Origin: Macrostomum lignano
Lineage: Eukaryota
Assembly: GCA_002269645.1 (NCBI GenBank)
Contig: NIVC01000262.1
Coordinates: 62,001 to 126,000 of the forward strand
Direction of reading: 5' to 3'
Length of the DNA: 64,000 nucleotides
This document shows positions 43,151-54,734 of this stretch, piece after piece. The position numbers and the translations under genes were made by a program. The notes under the pieces were generated by a model, which saw only the letters and a list, made by a program, of their open reading frames with translations, was not told the origin of the DNA and did not search any database. How positions within the stretch are numbered: position 1 is the first letter of the stretch; each line of letters starts with the position of its first letter.

Positions 43151-43835
43151 ACTAGGGATAAGTCTGGGAGGGGGAGGGTGGTCACCCCCTACACCCATCC
43201 CCCCAGGCCCAGCAGGGTAAGAGCCAGAGGGTTGTTATTTGGGGATAGCAGCCCCCTCTGCCTCCTACCTCCTGTATTGCCACTGTAGTCTATGTGCCAA
43301 TTAGCTTAGCATTAGCTATTGATCTAATTGATATATTTAGATATCTATGAATTGTATTAGTATTTTTATAGAATTCATGTTTATATCAGCTGGTCCTATT
43401 TCTATAGATAGGCCTAGGCCTAGCCTAAAAATACAACCCACTTTGGTAATAAATAATGACCACTTTAGTAACATAATAGATTTACTATTGTCAATGCTAA
43501 TATGCTATGTCTTTATGCTATATGACAATGACTTAAAAAACTATCAATTTAACAGGTCAAAATAATATATCAAATACTTTATTACTAGTATAGTTCAATT
43601 TTTGTAAATAAACTATATTACATTTTTTGAATACATACTTTAGCATAAGGCCTAATAAAAAAATTAAAAGCATTAGGCCTAGGGGGGCCTATTAGGTGCA
43701 TTAAAAATTAAAAATATTTTTTGTATTCTTGGAATATAGCAATTATATTATTATTCTCACTTGTTACCAAAGTGGCTATTACTGATATAGACCTTCTATC
43801 ATAAAGCAAATTATATTATACATGGTTTGTAATTA

Positions 43836-45338
43836 TCTCTACATATAAAAATCAAAACTCTGTCTGTGTGTGTGTCTGTCTGTATACAATTTTGATCGCT
43901 ATAGTCTAGGCCTATGGAGTCCCAAACTGCTCAACCAAATTACACAAAATTTTGCAACCTAATAGCCAACCCTAAACTCACTACAGAAAATGTCTTAGGC
44001 TTATATGCTACCTTAAGATTTCATAATCTCAAATCTTCCTACCTAAAAGTGCAAAAAAACTGTTTAAAAAATGATTTTTTTCACTAAATCCTCCATAGCG
44101 CCACTCCAATTTTACCAATCTTCAAATTTTACACAAACAATCTTCAACTATTTTGGCACAATTGTGTGAAATTTTGAGTCTCAAAGTTAATCCTGAATAG
44201 CGCTGTGCACTTTTAAAGTTAGGCTGCTTTTTTAGCAAGACAGCCATCCCAACCTCTGCCCACCTGCCTTTCTTTCTTGATCTGGGCCCAAAAGATGCAA
44301 ATAGGTTTTAAAATTGACTAACTTTTGGCATTTCTTTGGAGGCCATTTAAAATTTTCAGTGCTTTTAAAAGAAACTTAAAATTTCCATGGTGTGTCTAAT
44401 TTAGTTAGGTTGTTTTGCATTGCATCACCTTTTCATAAATCCTTTACTTTTATAAACCATGCTGGATTCCCTTTATTTGCCAATTACCATCCACTGTTAA
44501 ACTGCTGCAGAGTTTGCCTATATAGAAGGCAAGTGATTTGAATTTCTCACTTAACTGTCATGGCTAACTGTAGCCTCTCCACTCTGGGGTACAGAGAAGG
44601 CTATAAATAAAGTTATTCCAAAACACTGTACATTTGCTATGTACATTTAGCCCTATCGCTTGACCCTTCATCTGGCTCTGAGGGAATGAGTGAGTGAGTG
44701 GCACAAACAACAGAAAAAGCAAACAAACTTCACATGCTAACAGTTTTTGTTCTAATTAAACTACAGAGTTGAACTTGAAAATTTACATTTAGACAGAGAA
44801 TGAGTCAATGAAGAATTGTGTCAAGTTTTAAGTCAATTGCTTTATGTGGAGCAAACTTATAGTAGCCAAAAGTTAGTCAATTTTTAAAACCTATTTACAC
44901 CTTTTGGGCCTAGATCAGGAAAGAAAGGCAGGCGGGCAAAAGTTAAGATGGCTTTCTTGTTGAAAAAAAAGTAGCCTAACTTTAAAAGTGCATAGTGCTA
45001 TTCAAGATTAACTTTGAGACTCTAAATCTTACATGATTGAGCCAAAATAGTTGAAGATTGTTTGTGTAAAATTTGAAGATTGGTAAAACTGAAGTGGCGC
45101 TATGGAAGATTTAGTGAACAAATCACACATTTTGAGCAGTTTTTTTGCACTTTTAGGTAGGAAGATATGAGATTAGTCTGAAATTTTAAGGTAGCCTAAG
45201 ACATTTTCTGTAGTGAGTTTTGGGTTGGTGCAAAATTTTGTGTAATTTGGTTGAGCAGTTTGGGAGTCCATAGTAATCAAAATTGTACATATACAGACAC
45301 ACACATAGACAGACAGTTTTGATTTTTATATGTAGAGA
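43836..45338. mobile_element. 1.5-kb foldback element with ~500-bp imperfect inverted arms
   Basis: Left TCTCTACATATAAAAATCAAAACT...; right ...AGTTTTGATTTTTATATGTAGAGA; arms align by eye over ~43836-44330 vs ~44865-45338. Confidence 0.8.
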
Positions 45339-46033
45339 TTTTTCACCTATATTTGTTGCTATCTTTAAAAATATATTAGACTAGATAATATAAAATACCA
45401 ATACTAACAGTCAAAAAATTGCAAAATGTTATTGTCTTTGTGTTGTTTGTTTGTCTATAAAGAAACAAAGATAAGTAAGCAAGTCCTTAGACTTGACAGA
45501 TACAAAGAATCAAATGCCAACAAAATGAGCAGTGTTGACTATGGACTAACATCGCCATAATAACTTTTGTTGCTATGGACTAAAACTAATTTTAAATTCT
45601 TTCAAAGGCTAAAGAAAGTGCCTGCCTGGTATGTCAATAAGCAAGAACCCCATCCCACCTCTGCTCTCATTGGTTCTTGGTTCCTACCCATTTCTCTAGT
45701 AGTCTTAGTCTGCACATCTGAGGTCCACACATCCTATTTCTCTTATCTTTATCTAAATCCTCTTTTTTAGACTTTGAACTCTATCCCACTGTCTTAGGAG
45801 TCAATATTTTATCCCCATAAACTGGTACTTATTTCACAATTCAACATACAGGTTGTATTGATAACTTGATTCCTCCAGAATTCATTTATTATTCTAGTGG
45901 ATGGCAGTTTGGATCAGTTTGATCCATCTCTTATTATATCTATACAATTAACACAAAAATAGTGTAAATCCAATCCACTTCTAGTTGACTGAACTGCATT
46001 TCAGTCGAGTCCTTTGGAGTAAAGTTTGGCGAT

Positions 46034-48843
46034 ATGCAGCACACTGGCAGCAGTCAACAGAATGTAGAGCCAATAGGAGGATCTAGAGCCGGCGTTGCAA
46101 CTAGTACTACTACTAGTACTAACCAGTTTCGCCAAGCAAAACTGCTGCGTTCAAATATGCTGTTTATAGTTGGACCAGGTAGGTCAAATCAGCAATGCAA
46201 AAAAGCGGTCTGGAATAGTTGCTATGGAGCCAATAGAGAAGCTGAAGCTCATTACGAGGCTACTGCTGGCCAAAGTGTCACTGACGAGTTTCTGAGGCAC
46301 CGCCTAGCACCGCTGGCTCATCTAATTGACACCCACTCTGTCTTCCCGCACCGCAATCAACAAACTGTTCTTGGCCACATGTTTTTATTGTCCGAAGGTT
46401 TGACTGAGTCTGGCAGATGCGCTGCCACAATGCGATTGCTGTGCGCTGTTAACCAGATTGGTATTGATGATACTGCTGCACAGGTGAGGCGTTGAGTCTA
46501 GTGCCCTTTGCTAACTTTCTTAGAAGGTTCCTTATCTGTCACAACTTAATCCCACTAGTTGTGCTTTTCTTAAGCTCACAACAGTCTAGCTTACTTATTA
46601 GTCTCTCCTTTAATTGTCTACGTCTTCCAGTCTACTCAACTGTCTAGGACTCTACTTCTACTCTCCCAATTGTCTGTTCTTCCCAGACTCTTCTCATCTG
46701 TCTTCTTCTCATTCTCTCCCTATCTGTCTACGCAATCTCTCCTGTCTGTGTACTTCTCATTCTCTTCCCATGTCTACTTCTCAGTCTCTTCCTGTCTGTC
46801 TAATTCTCATTCTCTCCCTACCTGTCTAGTTAATCTCTTCCTGTCTGTATACTTCTCAGTCTCTTCCTTCTGTCTGTCTCCCTATCTGTCTCCGGTCTAG
46901 TTCGACAGTCAGAAAGAGACTGAGAAGTAGACATATGGGAAGAGACTGAGAAGTAGACATATGGGAAGAGACTGAGAAGTAGACATATGGGAAGAGACTG
47001 AGAAGTAGACATATGGGAAGAGACTGAGAAGTAGACAAATGGGAAGAGACTGAGAATTAGACATGGGAAGAGACTAAGAAGTAGACATGGGAAGAGACTG
47101 AGAAGTAGACATATGGGAAGAGACTGAGAAGTAGACATATGGAAAGAGACTAAGAAGTAGACATGGGAAGAGACTGAGAAGTAGACATATGGGAAGAGAC
47201 TGAGAAGTAGACATATGGGAAGAGACTGAGAAGTAGACATATGGGAAGAGAGTGAGAAGTAGACAGGAAGAGACTGGGCAGTAGACAGATAAGGAGAGAA
47301 TGAGAATTGCACAATTAGGGAGGTTGTGTAATGTAATTATCTGTGTAATGATCTTTTTGGCTCTCTGTACTTTAACATTTTATGTTATATTCCATTTGCT
47401 ATTTAAAAAACGCAAGACTTTCTCGCCCCTTCTCCATCCCTCCGCCCCTTGGCCATGCCGAAGACGAAGCTGGCCCATAGCGCCCTGGCTGTCTACATGT
47501 ACCTAAATGAAGATCCGCCTGATAGCAACAACAACACCAGTAGCAACCAATTAGATAGTCGGCTGGAATCTGACAATGTCAAGCGCATGGGCTGGTTTAT
47601 GATACACGGTCTGCCATCCACTAGTAATCTAGTTGAAGAAATCGCTGCACTGCTTGGTCGGCCATTGCAGCCTGTAGACATTGTGAGGCTGGATATTAGT
47701 GTCAATGACAAGTCTGTTGTATTTGTCCGCGACGTCTACCAGCCTGCTGGCGTTGAAATGAAACGCCGATTAGTTGAGCTTCGGCTGTTTGGTGTTGAGG
47801 TACGCTGTGCGTTTAATGTGCTGGGTTAATAGGGTTTGGTAAGCTTTAGTATCACGGTCTAAGGCCGTTTGCCATTCTAGTGTGCTAGTTCAGGATGCCA
47901 ATCGATATGTACTAGTTAGCAAAGTCTTGGAACAACTTGATTCTAAGAGTTGGCCTTCAAATTGTTTCTTAGAATTGACCTTCAAATTGTTTCTTAAGAT
48001 TGGACTTCAAATCGTTTCTTAGAATTGGCCTTCAAATCGTTTCTTAGAATTGGCCTTCAAATTGTTTCTTAGAATTGGCCATCAAATCGTTTCTTGGAAT
48101 CGGCCTTCAATTTTTTTCTTACAATTGGCCATCAAATTGTTTCTTAGAACTGGCCATCAAATCGTTTCTTAGAATTGACCACCAACTTGTTTCTAAGAGT
48201 TAAACACCAAATCGTTTCTTGGAATTGACCACCAACCATCAATTGAAGGTAGTATTTGCGTCTCAGTAGTAATCAGCTATATTTAAATCCAGCATCTTTT
48301 AAAATCTTCTTTGTACAGCTGTTTGTTAAACCGCAACCGTTGAGTCTGCAAACAACTGATGAAGCCGAGGCTGAGGCTGAGTCCAGCGAGTCAAGGACTA
48401 GTGATACAGATACTACTAGTGATAGTAGCAATACAACCGACAGCCAAGTCGCTGTTCCATCCGCTGTCGGCCAACTCGAAAATTCGCCACCCGACAACAG
48501 CGCAGAAGCTGCAGACGATGATGTTGAAGTGTTGCACATTGAACCGGCTCCACCTGCGCTGAGGCCAGTGCCAGTGAGGTCAAGGTCAAGGTCGCCACTG
48601 TCAAGGCCAAGACAGAGATCGGTGCGTCCTATGTCTCTGCTGCCGACTCCACCACCTACGACCAGGTATCAGCAGCAGCAGCAATATGATTACAGTCCCG
48701 CTCGCATTGCAACCCGACCAAGCGTGTTCTCTCGTCTGGGACCGCCGCCAAGTGAAGGCGACAGTAATTATCCTATTGTCATTGACGACTCCCATGACAA
48801 CAATTATCATAGGCGGCGGCACTGGCGTGCAAGCATTTGGTAG
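46034..48843 (+). CDS. putative RNA-binding protein with divergent RRM-like domain, acidic linker and RS-rich tail (3 exons)
   Basis: Exons 46034-46483, ~47464-47799 (acceptor uncertain), 48319-48843; donors CAG|gtgagg and GAG|gtacgc, acceptor tttgtacag|. WFMIHGLP...VEEIAALL...KSVVFVR...LRLFGVELFVKP fits the RRM fold pattern by eye; RSRSRSP and SVFSRLG in exon 3. Function is inference. Confidence 0.55.
46610..47290. repeat. head-to-head 26-bp repeat arrays in intron 1
   Basis: Degenerate CTACTTCTCAGTCTCTTCC copies (46610-46900) followed by their reverse complement GGGAAGAGACTGAGAAGTAGACATAT x~14 (46910-47290). Confidence 0.85.
47935..48240 (+). repeat. 25-bp array in intron 2
   Basis: Unit TTCTTAGAATTGGCCTTCAAATCGT. 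Confidence 0.9.
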
Positions 48844-49078
48844 TCAACTATTTATACACTTCTAAAAACTAATTGGCGTTATTTTTTCATTGCAACAGAC
48901 ACCAATTTGTTAATTATTCATTGTTAATGATGTTTTTCTAATTAAGCGCTGTAAAGAAAACATTTTTTTCAACAAATCGAGGTCGAGCCATATTTTTGTA
49001 ATTATTGTAGCCTTTGTTAATAAATGTGAAATCTGTATTTTTGTAGCAAACTAATCATTATAAAACTTCCACTTGGTC

Positions 49079-49577
49079 TAGGGGGTCGGCAAACTAAGGC
49101 CCGCCAAGCCTATCTATCTGGCCCCAGGGTCTTTTGAACCTTCACTAGAGCAATCCAGCCCGCTCAAGGTTGGTGTCTCTCTTCAGCTCTCTTCTCTCAT
49201 CTCCTCCTCTCCTCTCCCTCCTCCCCTCTCCTCTCCCCTCCTCTCCTCCTCTCCTCTCCTCTCCTCCTCTCCTTTTCTCTCCTCTCCCCTCCTCACCTCT
49301 CCTCTCCCCTCCTCTCCTCTCCTCTCCTCTCGTCTCCTCTCCTCTCCCCTCCTCTCCTCTCCTCTCCTCTCGTCTCCTCTCCTCTCCTCTCCCCTCCTCC
49401 CCTCCCTCTCCCCTCCTCTCCTCTCTCGTCTCCCCTCCTCTTCTCTTCTCTTCCATTCTCTCCTCTCTCCCCTATTCTTTCTTCTCTCCCTTGTTCACTC
49501 CTCTCTCCCCCCTCTGGTCCGCAATCATACGCTATATTCTCCATCTGGCCCTGACGATAGAGTTTTGCCAGCCCCTG
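49079..49577. mobile_element. non-autonomous hAT-like element with a pyrimidine microsatellite core (copy 2, inverted relative to 235-832)
   Basis: Termini TAGGGGGTCGGCAAACT / AGTTTTGCCAGCCCCTG; 8-bp flanks ACTTGGTC / ACTTAGCC (6/8). Confidence 0.75.
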
Positions 49578-49861
49578 ACTTAGCCGATTACATTTAAATG
49601 GCATTTTCACAAAAATAGTTTTACACTCAAGTAGTTATTTTATATTATTTTCTCTGTTTGTGAAAAGCCACGTTTCAATAATATTATACCGCTTACTCCA
49701 TTATGAAGTCTGTTGTTAGCATCTGCAGTCTTAAATATTTGTCTTACCATACCAAATTTTTTCTACTTTTTATACTTGCTAGCCTTAATACACACATCTA
49801 CTGTTGCTAATGATTTTTATTTTGTTTGTTTGTTCGTTCATTATATCCGCTATTCGTTAAA

Positions 49862-50505
49862 TAGATCCCCAGTTGCTTGGCCAGGGTCAGCCTCCCAGAT
49901 CCTCAGTTGCAGGGCCAGGGCCAGCCTCCCAGATCCCCAGTTGCTGGGCCAGGGTCAGCCTCCCAGATCCCCAGTTGCTGGGCCAGCCTCCCAGATCCCC
50001 AGTTGCTGGGCCAGCCTCTCAGATCCCCAGTTGCAGGGCCAGGGTCAGCCTCCCAGATCCCCAGTTGCAGGGCCAGGGTCAGCCTCCCAGATCCCCAGTT
50101 GCTGGGCCAGGGTCAGCCTCCCAGATCCCCAGTTGCTGGGCCAGGGTCAGCCTCCCAGATCCCCAGTTGCTGGGCCAGCCTCCCAGATCCCCAGTTGCAG
50201 GGCCAGGGTCAGCCTCCCAGATCCCCAGTTGCTGGGCCAGCCTCCCAGATCCCCAGTTGCTGGGCCAGCCTCCCAGATCCCCAGTTGCAGGGCCAGGGTC
50301 AGCCTCCCAGATCCCCAGTTGCAGGGCCAGGGTCAGCCTCCCAGATCCCCAGTTGCTGGGCCAGGGTCAGCCTCCCAGATCCCAAGTTGCTGGGCCAGCC
50401 TCCCAGATCCACAGTTGCTGGGCCAGCCTCCCAGATTCTCAGTTGCTGGGCCAGCCTCCCAGATCCTCAGTTGCTGGGCCAGCCTCCCAGATCCTCAGTT
50501 GCTGG
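49862..50505 (+). repeat. 28/34-bp array
   Basis: CCAG(GGTCAG)CCTCCCAGATCCCCAGTTGCTGGG. Confidence 0.95.
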
Positions 50506-50649
50506 GCTACGAAGATCTCTGTTAAATGATTTGTCATTCTGCCATTTAAGCTTGTTGGTATGGTATCTATTTAATAAAAATGTTTAATTTTGTCTTAATC
50601 ACCTAATAAGTTTTGTTTGTTTTCCTCACTTCCCAGAGCAGCAGTGTTG

Positions 50650-51366
50650 ATGAGCATGACTCGATCGAAATTTCGGGCCAAGAAAAAGCGCACCGAAGTT
50701 CTGAAGCTGTCGCAATCCAATCAACAAATCGATACTGCATTCAATTGCACCATCCCGTTTGCTGATGGCCAAAGCTCCGTCACTACCGCTCCCGCTGCTG
50801 CTGCAACAGGTGCTAGAAAGAAGAAAAATAATCATTTAATGTTATCTACAAAAGCCGCCAAGAGTAGAAGGCGAAGAAAAAAGCAGAACAGGTGTCAGCC
50901 TGAGCAGCAGCAAGATGCCATGTTGCTGCCTCATTCTACGGCGCAGCATTTGCCGCTGCCGCCGATGCCGCCAATGCCGATGCTACCAGTGCTGCCTCCA
51001 TTTCCTATGCCTAGTTGGAACGATTATTATTATTACTACCAAAACTGCTACTATCATCAGTTTTATTCGTTTGTCCATCAGACTGTTACCACACCGGCTA
51101 TAGCCTCCGCCGCGGAGGCAATGTCGGGTGTTGCTGTTAACAGTTCCAACGAAAGCAACAGCAATCAGACTCGAAAACGAAAACGTCGCAAAAGGAATCG
51201 TCGAAAAAAAGTGAAAACTTTAGCCAACTTAGAGACTGGACTCAATGTTGTTGATGACGAGATGGAACGGGATTCTAATCTGCAAGATGACGCTACTCGA
51301 CAGTTGTACCTGAATGGCATGAAGATGATGCAGCAGATTTCTTCGTCCGCGTTCGATCGCTTTTGA
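50650..51366 (+). CDS. orphan basic low-complexity protein (238 aa from the first ATG), probably nuclear
   Basis: Non-repetitive ORF with several K/R clusters (KSRRRRKK, RKRKRRKRNRRKK), Pro-rich and Tyr-rich segments; branch point/pyrimidine tract/AG (cctaat...ttttcctcacttcccag) ~14 nt before the ATG, so it may also be a terminal exon. Confidence 0.55.
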   Translation: MSMTRSKFRAKKKRTEVLKLSQSNQQIDTAFNCTIPFADGQSSVTTAPAAAATGARKKKNNHLMLSTKAAKSRRRRKKQNRCQPEQQQDAMLLPHSTAQHLPLPPMPPMPMLPVLPPFPMPSWNDYYYYYQNCYYHQFYSFVHQTVTTPAIASAAEAMSGVAVNSSNESNSNQTRKRKRRKRNRRKKVKTLANLETGLNVVDDEMERDSNLQDDATRQLYLNGMKMMQQISSSAFDRF

Positions 51367-51587
51367 TGTAACTGGGGCTGAGAAGTTTAAAAAAACTTGT
51401 GGTGTTTCGACTTGAGTCTCCAAAACTGCCAGACAGAACTTTTTATTAATACTAGTATAATCTTACAACTTTTTTCTAATTTCAGTTTCAGGCCTTTGTA
51501 CGTTTTCCAGTTTTCACTACTGCGGTTTTGTCTTCTTCGTACTACTAGCGAGATTAATTGCTAAATATTCTCAATATTTCTCCTCCC

Positions 51588-51852
51588 TGATCCCAAGTTG
51601 CTGCGCCAGCCTCCCAAATGCTGAGTTGCTGGGCCAGCCTCCCAGATCCTCAGTTACTGTGCCACCAGCCTCCCAGATCCTCAGTTGCTGGGCCACCAGC
51701 CTCTCAGATCCTCAGTTGCTGTGCCACCAGCCTCTCAGATCCTCAGTTGCTGTGCCACCAGCCTCTCAGATCCTCAGTTGCTGGGCCACCAGCCTCTCAG
51801 ATCCTCAGTTGCTGTGCCACCAGCCTCTCAGATCCTCAGTTGCTGGGCCAGC
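51588..51852 (+). repeat. 31-bp array related to 49862-50505
   Basis: CCAGCCTCTCAGATCCTCAGTTGCTGTGCCA. Confidence 0.9.
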
Positions 51853-53059
51853 CGCCAAGATACCAAGCTTGAGACTTAAGAAAAAATTATATCTGCTCCG
51901 ATTTGCTACTCTTTAGTATTGCGTAATTTTCAAGTTAGCATACAATAATTTCCACAAGCGCATTTGTATCGGGTGTATTTTTTTGTTTTTTTATCGCTCG
52001 TTATTTAGCATCTGTTTAGTATTTTTTCGTTTAAAAAAACCAAATCCCAGTTAGGGATTCGCGCGCCCTCCATCCTTTCATTGCCATTGGAACCAAAGTA
52101 ACTGTCTCAGTTCTAGTTAAATACCGAATAATTTAAGTTTTTGTCTTCCAAAATGCCTGATAATGTTTTTTTTTTGTTTTTTCTTTAAATGATGGCTTAC
52201 AATCAAGTTTTCAATTCTGTTACCGGTGAGAAGTTAAAACTTTGTTAAGTCTCATCGAGTGAGATCTGTTTACCAATTATAATTATATTATAATTAGATT
52301 GATAATATCGTCATATCGATCCACGCAGCTCCTAAGCCGCCTTCCGACAGGTGATCTTTTAATTTTGGCTCTGACTGTTTTTGTCGTTATGGATGCCCTC
52401 TGTCGAACTTACGATGCATTAAGGATGTGCATGTTAGTGAGGTTCCGTAGTAGGGAAACGTAAGTGAATAAGGAACGACAAATACGATGATTGCTAAGCA
52501 GTAAATTCTGCTTTCAGTAGTATAAACGCGCATGCAGTAAATTGTCTCAGCAACAACACCAGAATTTCACGCAGGGAATCATACACGTGATTTATTATTG
52601 CAAATTAAACACCAATATGCCATGGACAATGTATTCATTATTATAATATTGCAAAAAGCGGCGATTGGCTATAAAAATGGGTGAATATACTGGGGTAGTA
52701 TCGCTTCACATGTTTAAAGAGAGACAATGCATACAACATCAAGCGGTGCAAAATGTTACAAGTTGTTTTGTTTCTGGTAGAAGCTTCGATCAGTCATGAT
52801 TAGTCGTTGTTATTATTAATGAGGGCATAAATAGAGCTGCTCATCGTATGTAACAAGATTGAAGAAAACAAGTGCTCATTTATAGAAATATTCAATGACT
52901 GAATCATCCATAGATAACAGAAAACTCTCTTACGATTTAATCAGTTGACAAATGATTTCATCAAGACTTTCTTAGCCAGTTCCTACAGCTGTTCATCTGC
53001 ACTTGTCTCTGCTTACTCTGTTTTCTCCCTCCGTTTAGTACATGTACTCAGTCTAGTTA

Positions 53060-53335
53060 TTCTTATCTCTCTCCCTCACTGCCTTCTGATTGGCTCTTCA
53101 ACTTGGCCTGTCCTCAGTGGCGCTCACTCCACCCTTTCCTTATCTCTCCCTCGCTGCTTTCCGATTGGCTTTTCAACCTGGCCTTTTTCCTCAGTGGCGT
53201 GCACTCCACCTCTTCTTTTCTTATCTCTCTCTCTTTGATTGGCTCTTCAACCTGGCCTTTTTCCTCAGTTTGCGCGCACTCCAGCTCTTATTATCTTATC
53301 TCTCTCCCATATATAACGCTGTCTTCTGATTGGCT
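53060..53335 (+). repeat. degenerate ~78-bp repeat, about 3.5 copies
   Basis: TTATCTCTCTC...GATTGGC...TTCAAC(C/T)TGGCCT...CCTCAGT recurs at ~53061, 53141, 53221, 53296. Confidence 0.7.
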
Positions 53336-53371
53336 TTTCAATCTCGATTCTTAATCAGTCGAATCAATCAG

Positions 53372-54000
53372 TCAATAACCCTGCCGCCTAACCACAGCAA
53401 CGTGGGTAACTCGCCAATGCTGCTTGGCTTTGTCTTTACCACCACCTGCCTGCAGCCATCCCGTCATGCTGTAGCCTTGCTGGAAGTCTTCCTCGGAAAC
53501 TCGACTGGTCAAACTCAGCAGGAAATCTCGCTGCTGCGACTGTCCTTTGCTGCTTGCTAAGTCCCCGTGTCCAGCGGGCGAAGCCGATTTCTTACTGAAC
53601 CGCCCGCTAACGCTGAAGTTGCAGGCAGCCGTTCCGCCAGACTGCGCCGCGCGGGCCCAGCAGGATCTTCGGGCACGGCCGCCGCTGCTGAACTCCGTCA
53701 CCCGACAGAGCGCCGCTCCAGCCAGCCAGGGCAGCGGAAAGCTCAGCAGCCAATGGCAGTTGGAGCTGGGAGCGCCGCAGGCGTCGTCGGCGTGCAAAGC
53801 TACTCTGATTGGCTGGCCAGCTGAGGCTTGCCGACCGATCAGCTTCTTGCACTTGGCGCCGACACTTTCGTAGTGAAGCAGTTGGACCATGATTTGATGC
53901 GGGATGCTGGAGTGGTTACGGGTAACAAGCTTAGTGTCCGTCCGTCAGTCTGTCTGTCTGTCTATGGGCTTGTCTGCCTGTCTGTCTGTCTGCCTGCCTA

Positions 54001-54034
<34 letters not shown>

Positions 54035-54310
54035 TGTCTGTGTCTGTCTCTGTCTGTGTCCGTCTATCTGTCTGCCTGTCTCACTTAGTTTCCATCTGTA
54101 TGTCTGTATATGGGCCTGTCTGTCTGTCTGTGTCTGCCTGTGTATGTCTGTCGGCCTGCTTGTCTTAGTGTCGGTCTGTCTGTCTGGAAAGTTAAAAATG
54201 AAAAAAAACACAGAAAAAAGGTATGTCTTCAGATAAAAGCAGAACTTACCTTACCAATTTCTGCTATCGGGAGAATTCCAGCTCAGTGATACATGAAACT
54301 GCAGTGGCTT
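53372..54310 (-). CDS. last two exons of an unidentified gene (54310-54255, 53906-53372)
   Basis: Acceptor gacgtag|, donor TG|gtaagg, acceptor ccgtaaccactccag|; phases match and give KPLQFHVSLSWNSPDSRNCIPHQIMVQLLHY...RRQGY*. No family recognised; upstream exons unresolved. Confidence 0.4.
53940..54185 (+). repeat. (TCTG)n/(CCTG)n microsatellite in the intron of the unidentified gene
   Basis: Seen directly. Confidence 0.9.
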
Positions 54311-54734
54311 CTACGTCAAACGAAGTCCAACCAATTAGCTATATATAAGAGCTATGAAGCCGCGATAAGGAAAATTGAAAAATGGCGCGGATTAACTCGG
54401 ATTACTGACTATGCCTACGGATACGCCAAACCAAAGCCCTTATATACATGCAGGCCTAAGAGGCTGCAGCAGTGAGCCGCTTCTCTCCATCAGACAGAAA
54501 GAAACTCTGTCCGAACTTCGAATCTCTTTCTGGCCAATGCTCATTGGCTGACTTGGTCAACCAGAGTGCTACTTGATCTTGCCACCGGGTCAAGAGGCTC
54601 TCTACGAGGCAAGGCTATAAGGTCGATTCCAGATGCCTGAGGGTCGACTCGATACATGCAATTGTTCGACCTGCTTTTTCTTTGCATCAAGGCATCATTT
54701 TATCAAGCTTGCTTTCCTTTAATGTGGTTGTCTT

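Noticed and set aside
43150-43285. MITE ending in CCTGTATTGCCACTG
   Set aside because: No convincing left TIR or TSD found.
49713-50587. Pro/Gln-rich ORFs
   Set aside because: Translations of the 28/34-bp array, open in all three frames.
54293-54475. Plus-strand 60-aa ORF MKLQWLLRQ...
   Set aside because: Overlaps antisense with the better-supported minus exon 54310-54255; no motif. Unresolved without RNA data.
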